From positions 30,606 through 94,605 of the forward strand of contig CAWKGY010000011.1 of the NCBI GenBank assembly GCA_963849235.1: a stretch of DNA of 64,000 bases, written 5' to 3'. Of the stretch, positions 36,660 through 52,478 are shown in pieces. The DNA is from an uncultured Actinomycetota bacterium. GTDB lineage: Bacteria > Actinomycetota > Actinomycetes > Mycobacteriales > Pseudonocardiaceae. The position numbers and the translations under genes are program-made. Numbering within the stretch: the first letter of the stretch is position 1; every line of letters begins with the position of its first letter. Under the pieces are notes generated by a model. It did no database searches. It saw nothing but the letters and a program-made list of their open reading frames with translations, and was not told the DNA's origin.

Positions 36660-37244
36660 GTGGTCCCCGACGATTACGGCGAGTTCTTCGTCGCCACCGC
36701 CACGGTCGCCGGAGCGCTGATCGGGCTGCTGTTCGTCGCCATCTCGGTGCGCCCGGAGGCCGCCGCGCGGACGGCGCACATCTCGAGCCGGCTGCGGTCG
36801 GTCGCCGCCCTCTCGGCCTTCGTCGACACATTGTTCCTCTCGTTGCTGGCCCTGCGCCCCCGCGCGGACCTCGGCCAGCCGGCCGTCGTGCTCGGTGCCA
36901 TCGGACTCGGCACCGTGGTCACGCTGCTGGTCCTGCTCGCCGCGCAGGGCCGCGACCGGCCCCGCCAGTTGATCCGGGGAGTGGTGCTGCTCCTCGGCCA
37001 GGGCTACCTCTTCGGGCTTCAACTGTGGAGCGGGTGGCACCTCGACACCCGACCCGACGACGTGGCCGGGGTCGACCAGCTGACGGTCGTGGTGCTCGTG
37101 CTGTTCGCGCTCGGCATCGCCCGGGCCTGGGAGTTCGCCGGGGCCGACGACCCGTCCCTGCTCTCGGCGATCGGCGAGATCGCGGCCCGCCGTCGGGCCG
37201 CCCCGGCCGACAGCGAGGAGGAGCCGCCGGCGGAGACCGGCTGA
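36660..37244 (+). CDS. Hypothetical integral membrane protein
   Basis: FFVATATVAGALIGLLFVAISV with about 5 TM helices, ending ARAWE. Start uncertain. Confidence 0.72.
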   Translation: MVPDDYGEFFVATATVAGALIGLLFVAISVRPEAAARTAHISSRLRSVAALSAFVDTLFLSLLALRPRADLGQPAVVLGAIGLGTVVTLLVLLAAQGRDRPRQLIRGVVLLLGQGYLFGLQLWSGWHLDTRPDDVAGVDQLTVVVLVLFALGIARAWEFAGADDPSLLSAIGEIAARRRAAPADSEEEPPAETG

Positions 37245-37254
37245 CGCTGCCGGC

Positions 37255-38190
37255 TCAGCCGGCCTCGCGGGCGGCCTTGCGCGCCCGGGCCCGGTCCCGC
37301 TGCTCCTCGAACCGGACGGCCTGCGCCTCACTGGTGGCGAGGAACTCCGCGAGCTCGGTCCGGGCCTTCTCCCCCTCGCCGTCGAGACCCTCGAGCTCGA
37401 ACACCTTCCAGTGCCGCAGCAGCGGCCAGATCACCTCGTCGTGGTGCACCCGCAGGTCGTAGATGCCGGCCTGGGCGATCTGCACGGCCTTGCGGGTGAA
37501 GCCCGGGATGACCGCGCCCGGCATCTCGAAGCCGACCACCTCGTCGACGATCGCCCGGAGGGTCGCGGTGGGCGCGATCTCGAGGGCCGCCTTCGCGAGG
37601 TTGCGGTAGAAGACCATGTGCAGGTTCTCGTCGGTCGAGACCCTGGTGAGCAGCTTCTCCGCGATCGGGTCCCCCGCGAACTTGCCGGTGTTGCGGTGCG
37701 ACACGCGGGTGGCGAGCTCCTGGAAGGAGACGTAGGTGAGGACCTGGAGGATCGGCTTCTCGGCCGTCTCGTAGCCGGTCTCCATGACCTGCATCCGCGC
37801 CTGCTCCAGCTCGTCCGGGTCCACGCCACGGGTGACGAGGAGGTAGTCCCGGATGCAGTAGGCGTGTCGTGCCTCCTCGGCGGTCCACCGGTGCACCCAG
37901 GTCCCCCAGGCCCCGTCGCGCCCGAACGCCCGCTCGATCTCGCGGTGGTAGCTGGGCAGGTTGTCCTCGGTCAGGAGGTTGACCTCGAGCGCGGTCCGGG
38001 CGATCGGCGACAGCGCCGACTGTTCGGGGTCCCACGCCTCCCCGCCGAGATCGGCGAAGTCGCGGCCGAGGCTCCACGGCACGTACTCGTGCGGCATCCA
38101 GTCCTTCGCGACGCCGAGGTGCCGGTCGAGGTTCTCGGTGACCACGGGCTCGAGGTCGAGGAGCAGACGGGTGGTGTCCGTGATCGTCAT
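37255..38190 (-). CDS. Acyl-ACP desaturase (soluble diiron, DesA1-like)
   Basis: W.PHEYVPW, LLTEDNLPSYH, WTAEEARH, YVSFQELAT..SH.NT, DENLH..FY. Confidence 0.95.
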   Translation of the reverse strand: MTITDTTRLLLDLEPVVTENLDRHLGVAKDWMPHEYVPWSLGRDFADLGGEAWDPEQSALSPIARTALEVNLLTEDNLPSYHREIERAFGRDGAWGTWVHRWTAEEARHAYCIRDYLLVTRGVDPDELEQARMQVMETGYETAEKPILQVLTYVSFQELATRVSHRNTGKFAGDPIAEKLLTRVSTDENLHMVFYRNLAKAALEIAPTATLRAIVDEVVGFEMPGAVIPGFTRKAVQIAQAGIYDLRVHHDEVIWPLLRHWKVFELEGLDGEGEKARTELAEFLATSEAQAVRFEEQRDRARARKAAREAG

Positions 38191-38305
38191 GGGGTCGCTC
38201 TCCGCCGCCGGGACATCGGGACTGATCCCGCGAGGGTCCGGGCGCGGTGTGTCCGTCCGACAGTGACAGCGGGCGGCGGAGGCTGTCCACCCCGTCACGC
38301 AGGTG

Positions 38306-43926
<5,621 letters not shown>

Positions 43927-43930
<4 letters not shown>

Positions 43931-45885
43931 TCCCCGAACGCCACGCGGACGTCATCGGTGGTCGTGGCGGTCGCCCGCGCGGCGACCGCGGGTCCGTCCC
44001 CGGGCGCCACCTCGTCGGCCACGATCGCCGGGTCGATGCGCATCACGGCGTAGCCGCCGACCGCGCCCGCGCCGAACCCCGGGGTGAAGACCCGCGTCGG
44101 CCGGCTGATCACGCCGTCACGGACGGCGTCGTGGAGGGCGATCGGGATGCTCGCTGCAGACACGTTGCCCATCTTCTCGATGTTGAAGTAGAGCTGCTCG
44201 CTGGTCACTCCGGCCTTTCCCGCCAGGTCGAGGATCATCGTCTTGTTGGCCTGGTGCGGCACGATCAGCTCGACGCTCTCGAGCAACGTGCGCGAGGGGT
44301 CGTCCGGGTCGGGCTCGGCACCGACCTCGGCGAGCATCTGGGCCAGGTACCGCGCCACCAGCGCCTTGACCTCCGGGCCGTACACCGTGAGGTCGTTGTC
44401 GAAGGCCGGGTTCGGCCAGATGATCGAGTTGACCTCGCTGTGCGGCCCGCTCGCGTAGGTCTGGAACAGCTCGACGTCCCCGACGCTCCCCGGTGGAGCG
44501 GGGGCGATGACCATCGCCGAGGCCCCGTCGCCGAACATCATCCGCGAGGTGCGGGCGCTGCCGATCTTGTCGGAGAACTTCTCGACGCAGACCAGCAGGA
44601 CCGGGCGGTCGACCTCCTGCAGCTGGCGGATCGCCTCGCCGAGCCCGTAGGGCAGGCCCGCGCAGGCCGCCACCATGTCGACCGAGGTGTGGGTCTGCGC
44701 GAGGCCCAGCTCGCCGGAGAGCCAGCACGCCGTCGACGGTATCTGCCGGTTGCTCGTGCAGGTGCTCACCAGCACGGCGCCGATCTCGGCGGCCTCCCGG
44801 CCCGACTTCGCCAGGGCCGCCCGGGCGGCCACGAGCGCCAGCTCCTGGGGTTCCAGGCTCGTGTAGCGGCGCTCCTCGATCCCGGTCTTCGTGGCGATCT
44901 CGTCCGCGGTCATCGGCGACCAGGAGAAGCTCGCGTTCCGGATGACGTCGGTGTTGTCGCAGACGTGCTCGCCCCGGACGATCGCGAGCGCCTCGATCGC
45001 CGGGCGGACCCCGAAGAGCTCCCGGACCCGGACCGGCGGGTAGGGCGTGGCAGGCGCGACGGCCTCGACCGCGGGGGCCGGTGCCTCGGCGAGCGGCCCG
45101 GCACCGCCGCGGGCGCTCCGGACCCGGTCGATGAACGCCCTCACCTCGCGTCCGCGGGGGTGGAACGCGACGACGAAGTCGTCGTCGCCGATGTCGGCGC
45201 CGCGCCGCAGCTCGGTGCGGGAGCGCTCCCACGGGTACTGGTTGTGCAGCACCATCGCCCACCGCAGCAGGGCCTCCAGCTCGGGGACCGGCTGCTCGGC
45301 ATCGAGGATCTCCCCGATCGTGAACGTGGGGTAGTCGGGATCGTGGTCGGGGAGGACGAACGTCAGTGCTTCCGGGTCGTCCAGGAACTCGCCGACCGTC
45401 GGCTTGATCGCCGGCAGCTCGGTCGCGTGGTGCCGCTTGTTCCGGAACACGTCGAAGAGCAGGTCGAACACCCGGCCCTCGGCGTCGGCGTCCCACCTCG
45501 GGGGCAGCTCGCGGTAGGCCCGCTCGACCGCCTCCACCTTCCGCGCGCCGTCCTCCCAGGGCGTGAGCACCGGGAGGAAGACGTCGTCGCGGTGCTTCGC
45601 CAGGTCGCGCCAGCGGGTGGGCCGCTTCTCGTACATGGTCGTCGCGTAGCGGTTGACCCAGAAGAGGTTCTGCCCGATGTCGCGCAGCAGCGGGAACCGG
45701 TCCGGGTAGGACCCCGACTCGACGCGTCCCAGGATGTCGGTCCCCGTCGGTGCCTTCGCCTCGAAGTCCCGCTCGATCACCGCGGTGAGGTGGTCGAGGG
45801 TGTCGAGCACCGAGAAGTCGAGCTCGCCGAGGACGTTCGCCGGGAAGACCAGCCTGCCGTGCCGGTTGACCACGAACGGCTTCAC
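43927..45885 (-). CDS. 3-oxoacyl-ACP synthase III (FabH-like) fused to an N-terminal domain of unknown function
   Basis: C-terminal triad AACAG, PHQAN, GNVSAASIP, plus TKTGIEERR and FGDGA. About 290 extra N-terminal residues. GTGA-coupled to the carboxylase. Confidence 0.9.
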
Positions 45886-46143
45886 GCGCCACCCCGCCGG
45901 GTCTTCTCGCCCGCGCCGCGGATCGTGGCTGTCTCGATCGTCCGGGTCATCGCCGTCCCGCCCGTCGTCGTCGTCGGTCCGCCAGGGACTGGGGCGAAGG
46001 TGAACGCCACGCCGGGGCGGACCCCGGAGCCGGACGTACGCCGGGACGCTACTGCGTCACGCGCCCGGGCGGACCCCGGCGATCGGCCCATTCGTGGGGG
46101 CCTCGACGGACACGCACCGGCCCGGCGTCCTCGGGACGACGGC

Positions 46144-47448
46144 TCAGAGGCGATGGTTGAGCACGGCGCCGTGGCGGCGGGCGGTGCTCGTGCCGGCGAC
46201 CCAGTCGAGCATCAGCAGCGTCGCGTCGTCCTGCAGGTTCCCGGCCTGGTGGTCCAGCACCGCCGTGGTGAGGCGCCGGAGGGTCTCCGGGGCCGAGACC
46301 CCGGACTGTTCGGTGCGCTCGGTCAGGTCGACCAGGCGGCTCTCACCGAAGAACCGGCCCTGCTCGTCCCGGGCCTCGACGACCCCGTCGGTGTAGAAGA
46401 GCAGCCGATCGCCGGGCTCGAGCTGCGCCCGCCCCACCGTCACCGACCCGGCCGGGGTGTGGACGCCCAGCGGTGGGCGCAGGGACGCGTCGAGGTCGCG
46501 GACGACGTGGCCGCCCCGCACCAGGAGCGGGGCGGGGTGCCCGGCGAGCAGGTACTCCAGGCGCCCCGTGTCGGTCTCGAGGCGGGCCAGCACCGCCGTG
46601 ACGAACGGCGTCACCCCGACGCTCCCGAGGAGTTGTGCGTCCGCGGTCTCGGCCAGCGCGGCCAGGTCGCGGTCCCCGCGGCGGCGCGCGTGCCGGATCG
46701 CGTTGACGGCCAGCGCCGTGGTCATCCCGGCCGCGAGGTCGTGCCCGACCCCGTCGAACACCCCCACGTAGAGCGTGCCGCGGTCCACGGCGTAGTCGTA
46801 GGCGTCGCCGCCGACCTGGTCGTGGGGCTCGAGCAACGCGGCCACCACCACGTCCTCGGTGGCGAAGGTGCGCGGCGGCACGAGCTGCCACAGGAGCTCC
46901 GAGGCCACCGAGAGGCCGCCCGGGGCGCGTAGTCGCCGCAGGTGGTCGGAGTACACGAGCTTCCCCATCACCACGTGTCCGGCCAGCCCGGCCAGGGTCA
47001 TCACCCAGCGCCGCAGCTCGGCGTCGTCGTCGACCTCCGCGGCGAGCGCCAACCGCAGCACCCCGACCCGCTCGGTGCCGTCCAGGATGGCCGCGCACAG
47101 CACCCGGCGCCCCTGCTCGTCGCGCCCCTCGACGACCTCGCCGTACTGGAAGGCGCGCCCCTCCAACGTGCCCTCGACGGGCACCGTGCTCGAGCGGTCA
47201 CCCGCGCGCGACGGCGACGGCACCGTCGACGGCGTCTCCCGGGAGGCCGCGAACTCGCGCGGACCGAGCGGGGTCAGGACCCGCTGGGCCAGGTCGACGA
47301 GGAGGATCTCGGCACGCAGCCCGAGCGGGATCACCAGCTCGTCGAGCATGGACGCGATGCCGTCGCCGACGACCACGTGCGAGCGGCGCACCAGCTCGCT
47401 CACCGCGTCGGCCCACAGTTCGGCCCGGGCGACCTCCCGGCTCGTCAA
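46144..47448 (-). CDS. PP2C/SpoIIE family protein phosphatase
   Basis: VGGDAYD, FDGVGH, AGHP.P, FYTDGVVEA, DDAT. Start (TTG 47448) uncertain. Confidence 0.88.
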   Translation of the reverse strand: MTSREVARAELWADAVSELVRRSHVVVGDGIASMLDELVIPLGLRAEILLVDLAQRVLTPLGPREFAASRETPSTVPSPSRAGDRSSTVPVEGTLEGRAFQYGEVVEGRDEQGRRVLCAAILDGTERVGVLRLALAAEVDDDAELRRWVMTLAGLAGHVVMGKLVYSDHLRRLRAPGGLSVASELLWQLVPPRTFATEDVVVAALLEPHDQVGGDAYDYAVDRGTLYVGVFDGVGHDLAAGMTTALAVNAIRHARRRGDRDLAALAETADAQLLGSVGVTPFVTAVLARLETDTGRLEYLLAGHPAPLLVRGGHVVRDLDASLRPPLGVHTPAGSVTVGRAQLEPGDRLLFYTDGVVEARDEQGRFFGESRLVDLTERTEQSGVSAPETLRRLTTAVLDHQAGNLQDDATLLMLDWVAGTSTARRHGAVLNHRL

Positions 47449-47929
47449 CGACCCGGCCCCGGACCAGCCATCTCGACGACCACGACCATGTCCTCTCGTC
47501 GGCGACCGCGGACGGACTCCGCGCCCGCGTCGGGTTGACCAGGAAACCTGTCGCGTCGGCGACGGACAAGAGGACGGGCCCCGGCCTCCCTGTCGGGACG
47601 GGGGCCACCGTGCGTTACACGCGGGGTCGAGGGGCCCTCGTGACACTGATCGGCGCGCCGCGTCGCCGTCCCGGCCGCGCGCGGTACTATGGACAGCGAA
47701 CCTGGAGCACCGCGCATGTTCGGCCGATACCGTCGGTCCGCGCGGTGGACCCCGTCACCGTCGATCGGTGAACGTCGACCGTCAGCGGGCCGTTCGGCCC
47801 CGCGACGGCGATCTCCTGCGGTTCCGCGGGTCACGTCGCCTCGTGGACGAACCACCTCGGTTCTCCGGCGGCCCACCGCCCGCAGCTCGATGCCCGGCAG
47901 GCACTGCCCGGGCATGTCGGAGGAGGTAC

Positions 47930-50071
47930 ATGGCTCGACGAGGCCAGCCCCAGAACAGGGCTCGCCGCGGCGCCCCTGGCGCCCCGGGCGGCGACCGACG
48001 GCGGGGACGCAAGCGCGAGGACGTCATGTCCGTGCTCGCGGACGCCGTGCGGGAGGTCCAGACGGCCCTCGGGAGGGGCCGCGTGACGCCCGCGACGCGG
48101 ACGAAGTTCCAGGCCATCGCCCTGGTGCTGCGCGACGAGCGCGCCCGGGTGCGGGAGGCCGACATCAGCGAGTCCCGGCGGGCGGAGCGCCTCAAGCGCC
48201 TCGACGACCTCGCGACCTCCCTCGCGAGGAACGCCGTCCGTGACGCGGGGCTGCTGGCCCTCCTCGGCGAGGACGCCGTCGTCTCGGACGACGCCCGCAC
48301 GCTCGAGCGCGAGATGCTCCGCAGGGCCGGCGTCGAGACCGCGCCCGAGGAGGCTCCCCCGGTCGAGGAGCCCGTCGCTCCCGTCAAGCCGGGCGTGGTG
48401 CCGCAGTCGGTGGTCTCGCGGCAGATGTCCAACCCCTTCCTCGCCCCCGACTTCTCGGCCGCCCGGCCGAGCGCTCCCCGCGCGACGTCGCTGACCGGCT
48501 GGGAGCTCCTGGGGCCGCTGCTCCGCTCCTTCGAGCGGGCCGGCGACGGGACCTCGGCGTGCATGGACCTCCCCGCGCCCGGGTCCCGCAAGATGCCCGG
48601 CGGCCGGGAGCTCATGCCGCACCAGGCCCAGGTGGTCGCCGCGGCCGCGGACGGTCACCGGACCTTCCTGCTCGCCGACGAGCCCGGGCTCGGCAAGACG
48701 GCCGAGGCGCTGCTCGCCGCCGAGGCCGCGAAGGCCTACCCCCTGCTCGTCGTCGTCCCGAACGTCGTGAAGACCAACTGGGTCCGCGAGGCCGGGCTGT
48801 GGTCCTCCCGACGCCGCGCCACCGCGATCCAGGGCAACGGGGACTCCGTCGACGGCTTCGCCGACATCGTCGTCGTCAACTACGAGGTGCTCGACCGGCA
48901 CGTCGGGTGGCTCGGGGACTTCGGGTTCCGCGGGATGGTCGTCGACGAGGCCCACTTCATCAAGAACAAGAGCTCCCAGCGCTCGCAGCACGTGCTGGCC
49001 CTCTCCGAGCGCATCCGCTCGTTCACCGCGCGCCCGCTGCTGATGGCCCTCACCGGCACCCCGCTGATCAACGACATCGAGGACTTCCTCGCGATCTGGG
49101 AGTTCCTCGGCTGGATCGACGAGAAGAAGCCGCTCAACGGCCTGATGGACTCCCTGGCGGCCACCGGTCTCACCCCCGCCGACCCCGGCTTCTACGCGGC
49201 CGCCCGCGACTGCGTCATCGACCAGGGCATCGTCCGTCGCCGCAAGGTCGACGTGGCGGCCGACATCCCCGCGCGCCGCGTCGCCGACCTCCCCGTCGAG
49301 CTGGACGGACCGGCCGGCCGCTCGATCCGCGCCGCCGAGCGCGACCTCGCCCGTCGGATGGTCAGGCGGTACGAGGACGCCCTCGCCGCCCGACAGTCCG
49401 GGACACCGGTCGAGGGCATCGACCACGACCTCGTGCGCCGGGTGGCCACCTGGGAGCAGAAGGACGCCCAGTCGTCCTCGTCGGGTGACAATGTCTTCTC
49501 GATGATGCGGCGCATCGGCCAGGCCAAGGCCGCCCTCGCCGCCGACTACGCCGCCCAGCTCGCGCGCAGCGCCGGCAAGGTGGTCTTCTTCGCCAAGCAC
49601 GTCGACGTCATGGACGCCGCCGAGGAGACGTTCACCAAGCAGGGCGTCCGCTTCTCCTCGATCCGCGGGGACCAGACGCCGACCGTGCGGCAGCGCAACA
49701 TCGACGCCTTCGTCAACGACCCCGGCGTCGCCGTCGCGGTCTGCTCGCTGACCGCGGCCGGCGTGGGCATCAACCTGCAGGTCGCGTCCAACATGGTGCT
49801 CGCCGAGCTCCCGTGGACCGCGGCGGAGCAGACCCAGGCCATCGACCGCAGCCACCGCATCGGCCAGTCCGAGCCGGTGACCGCCTGGCGGATCATCGCC
49901 GCGCAGACGATCGACGCCCGGATCGCCGAGCTGATCGACGACAAGGCCGGGCTCGCCGCCCAGGCCCTCGACGGGTCCGACGAGGAGGTCGGGTCGTCCG
50001 GCGACGCGCAGCACGCCACCCTCGTCGCGCTGCTCACCGACGCGCTGTCCTCGGCCTCGCCGACGGGGTGA
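47930..50071 (+). CDS. SNF2-like SF2 helicase
   Basis: LADEPGLGKT, VDEAH, LTGTP, GVGINL, QAIDRSHRIGQ. AGGAGG RBS before ATG 47930. Confidence 0.92.
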   Translation: MARRGQPQNRARRGAPGAPGGDRRRGRKREDVMSVLADAVREVQTALGRGRVTPATRTKFQAIALVLRDERARVREADISESRRAERLKRLDDLATSLARNAVRDAGLLALLGEDAVVSDDARTLEREMLRRAGVETAPEEAPPVEEPVAPVKPGVVPQSVVSRQMSNPFLAPDFSAARPSAPRATSLTGWELLGPLLRSFERAGDGTSACMDLPAPGSRKMPGGRELMPHQAQVVAAAADGHRTFLLADEPGLGKTAEALLAAEAAKAYPLLVVVPNVVKTNWVREAGLWSSRRRATAIQGNGDSVDGFADIVVVNYEVLDRHVGWLGDFGFRGMVVDEAHFIKNKSSQRSQHVLALSERIRSFTARPLLMALTGTPLINDIEDFLAIWEFLGWIDEKKPLNGLMDSLAATGLTPADPGFYAAARDCVIDQGIVRRRKVDVAADIPARRVADLPVELDGPAGRSIRAAERDLARRMVRRYEDALAARQSGTPVEGIDHDLVRRVATWEQKDAQSSSSGDNVFSMMRRIGQAKAALAADYAAQLARSAGKVVFFAKHVDVMDAAEETFTKQGVRFSSIRGDQTPTVRQRNIDAFVNDPGVAVAVCSLTAAGVGINLQVASNMVLAELPWTAAEQTQAIDRSHRIGQSEPVTAWRIIAAQTIDARIAELIDDKAGLAAQALDGSDEEVGSSGDAQHATLVALLTDALSSASPTG

Positions 50072-50099
50072 GCCGGAGGGCGCCGACTACCATGGTCGG

Positions 50100-50738
50100 G
50101 TGCCGATGACCGCCAAGTACGCCACCACCTGCGGGGTCTGCGCCTCCCCGGTCGAGCCCGGCGAAGCCATCGCACGATCCGGTGAACGGTGGGCGCACGC
50201 GGCGTGCGCGGACGGCGCCGGGACCCGGCCGACGACGGGTGCGGGGTCGGGGAAGACCGGTGCGGCCAAGGTCGAGAAGGCCCCGCGCCCGGACATGCCG
50301 GCGGCCGAGGGCGCCCTCGAGGTGTGGACCGACGGGGCCTGCTCGGGCAACCCGGGCCCCGGTGGATGGGCCTGGGCCACCCGGGACGGCCGGCAGGACA
50401 GCGGCGGCGAGCCCGGGACCACGAACCAGCGTATGGAGATCCGGGCCGCGCTCGAGGCGGTGCGCGCCCTGGAGGGCCCGCTGGTCGTCGTGAGCGACTC
50501 GACCTACGTCGTGAACTGCTTCCGCGACGGCTGGTGGAAGGGCTGGCTCGCGCGGGGCTGGGTGACCAGCGCCAAGAAGCCGGTGGTCAGCCGGGACCTC
50601 TGGGAGCCGCTGATCACCCTCGTGAACGAGCGGGGCGACGTCTCCTTCCGGTGGACCAAGGGACACGCCGGCGACGAGATGAACGACCTGGTCGACCGGC
50701 TCGCCGTGGAGCAGTCGAAGTCGGTCTCGGTCTCGTAG
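50100..50738 (+). CDS. rnhA: Ribonuclease HI with N-terminal CxxC...HxxC domain (leaderless)
   Basis: TDGACSGNPGPGGW, TTNQRME, SDSTYV, WTKGHAG, N..VD. TACCAT-N6-GTG. Confidence 0.9.
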   Translation: MPMTAKYATTCGVCASPVEPGEAIARSGERWAHAACADGAGTRPTTGAGSGKTGAAKVEKAPRPDMPAAEGALEVWTDGACSGNPGPGGWAWATRDGRQDSGGEPGTTNQRMEIRAALEAVRALEGPLVVVSDSTYVVNCFRDGWWKGWLARGWVTSAKKPVVSRDLWEPLITLVNERGDVSFRWTKGHAGDEMNDLVDRLAVEQSKSVSVS

Positions 50739-50806
50739 TCCGGGAGCCGTCGGGGCGACCCGGTCACGGAACGGTGTCGCCGACTCCCGAGCACCTCGGA
50801 CCACGA

Positions 50807-50833
50807 AGAACCGTGTCCGTCGGACACGGTTCT
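50807..50833. terminator. Hairpin between convergent genes
   Basis: AGAACCGTGTCC-GTC-GGACACGGTTCT, a 12-bp perfect stem. Confidence 0.6.
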
Positions 50834-50879
50834 CCCGGACAGGATCGGGTCCGCCGCGGCTCCGGACCGCGGGGCCCCC

Positions 50880-51755
50880 TCAGCCCTGCGGGACGCGCGG
50901 CGCCTCCTCGGGCCGCCACCCCGGCGGACCGAAGACGTGCCCGAGCTTGGCGCGCACCCCGTGGGCTGCGCGGACGTCGGCGATCATCGCCGCGTACTCG
51001 CCGTACTGCAGGCGGAACACGTTGAAGGTGTCGACCGGCTCGGTGAGCCCGTAGCGCGGCCGCCGCCGTTCCTCGGCGAAGGTCCCGAAGAGGCGGTCCC
51101 AGACGATGAGGATGCCGCCGTAGTTCTTGTCCAGGTACTCGGCATCGCTGCCGTGGTGCACGCGGTGGTGCGACGGGGTGTTCATGACGAACTCGACGAC
51201 GCGCGGGAGCTTGTCGACGGTCTCGGTGTGGATGAAGAACTGGTAGACGAGGTTCACCGAGAAGGCGATGTAGATCGTCCACGGGGTGAACCCGAGCAGG
51301 GGCAGCGGGAGCCAGAAGATTCCCTCCACCCACGGGTTCCACTTCTGCCGCACCGCGGTGCTGAGGTTGAAGTACTCGCTGGAGTGGTGGGCCTGGTGCC
51401 CGGCCCAGGCGAAGCGGACACGGTGTGAGAACCGGTGCGTGACGTACCAGGCCAGGTCGACGAGCACGATCAGCAGCAGCCAGCTCCACCACGCGTCCGC
51501 GGGGACGTGCCACGGCGCGAGGTAGGTCCACAGGAAGACGTAGACGACGAGCGACACCGTCTTGAGCAGCGTCGAGAAGATCAGCGAGCCGGCGCCCATG
51601 GTGATGCTCGTGCGGGCGTCGCGGGCCTCGTAGCCACGCAGGTCCTCGCGCGCCGCGTGCCGGACCGCGGCCACCTCGATCGCGATGAACAGCACGAAGA
51701 ACGGCAGGGCGTAGAGCAACGGCGTGTTGATCTGGTCCCAGACCGAGGACGTCAT
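50880..51755 (-). CDS. Sterol desaturase / fatty acid hydroxylase family (alkylglycerol monooxygenase-like)
   Basis: His boxes HRFSH, HQAHH, FIH, HHRVHH; DKNYGG; WDRLFGTF. Confidence 0.92.
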   Translation of the reverse strand: MTSSVWDQINTPLLYALPFFVLFIAIEVAAVRHAAREDLRGYEARDARTSITMGAGSLIFSTLLKTVSLVVYVFLWTYLAPWHVPADAWWSWLLLIVLVDLAWYVTHRFSHRVRFAWAGHQAHHSSEYFNLSTAVRQKWNPWVEGIFWLPLPLLGFTPWTIYIAFSVNLVYQFFIHTETVDKLPRVVEFVMNTPSHHRVHHGSDAEYLDKNYGGILIVWDRLFGTFAEERRRPRYGLTEPVDTFNVFRLQYGEYAAMIADVRAAHGVRAKLGHVFGPPGWRPEEAPRVPQG

Positions 51756-51779
51756 GGCGCGCGCTCCCCTCGTGATCCC

Positions 51780-51794
51780 GCGGTAAGTTACCGC
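51780..51794. promoter_or_regulatory. Palindrome upstream of the desaturase gene (probable TetR operator)
   Basis: GCGGTAA-G-TTACCGC. Confidence 0.55.
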
Positions 51795-51824
51795 AGGGTC
51801 ATATCCCGGGTCGAGAAGCCGGAC

Positions 51825-52457
51825 TCAGATCGGGTTGCCCAGGGCGACGAGGACCCGGGCACACCGCGCCTCCATGGCGGCGGCGTCCAGCTCGGGGTGC
51901 TCGAGCCACCAGCTCACCACCGCGTTGACCGAGTACTGCCAGACCCGACCGAGCAGGTCGTGGTCGAGCGGGTCGGTGTTGCCGGCCCGGCGCAGGACGT
52001 CGGCCGCGCCCGCGGCGCCCATCGCGGCCAGGTCGGCCCGGTACCCGCGGGCGAGCGCGTGGACCTCGCTCCCCCGCGGGATCGTCGGGTCGTAGAGCAC
52101 CGACCAGGCGTGACGACAGCCGTCCAGGACGGCGAAGATCGCCGCGAAGGTGTCCAGGGCCTGCCGACCGGCGTCCGCATCGACCCGCGACGCGGCGACG
52201 CCGTGCACCAGCAGCTCGCCGACCCGACGCACGCAGGCCGACGCGAGACCCTCCCGGGACCCGAAGTAGCTGTAGATCAACGGCTTCGAGATGTCGGCGC
52301 GGCGGGCGACCTCCGCGACCGAGACGTGGGCGTGGCCCCGTTGGCCGAACTCCTCGATCGCCAGGCCGAGGATCTGCTCCTCCCGGTCGGCGCGCGAGAC
52401 CCCCTTCGTCCCCGTCCTCGCCACGACGAGCGAGGGTACGGGTGCGCCGCCGTCCAT
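51825..52457 (-). CDS. TetR/AcrR family regulator
   Basis: VSVAEVARRADISKPLIYSYFGSREGL. Confidence 0.88.
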   Translation of the reverse strand: MDGGAPVPSLVVARTGTKGVSRADREEQILGLAIEEFGQRGHAHVSVAEVARRADISKPLIYSYFGSREGLASACVRRVGELLVHGVAASRVDADAGRQALDTFAAIFAVLDGCRHAWSVLYDPTIPRGSEVHALARGYRADLAAMGAAGAADVLRRAGNTDPLDHDLLGRVWQYSVNAVVSWWLEHPELDAAAMEARCARVLVALGNPI

Positions 52458-52478
52458 CGCGGGTGTCGGGGGCGCAGG

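Noticed and set aside
45882-45950. 22-aa ORF (MTRTIETATIRGAGEKTRRGGA) whose stop overlaps the FabH-like GTG
   Set aside because: No RBS or motif. It may aid translational coupling, but the evidence is too thin to call a gene.
47510-47550. GTTT-N17-GGGCG on the minus strand as a SigF/SigB promoter for the SpoIIE gene
   Set aside because: The -10 deviates from GGGTA and such matches are common at this GC content.
47930-50071. SNF2 helicase as part of an anti-phage system
   Set aside because: No methylase, nuclease or other defence partners are adjacent, and composition matches the host. It looks like a standalone actinobacterial helicase.
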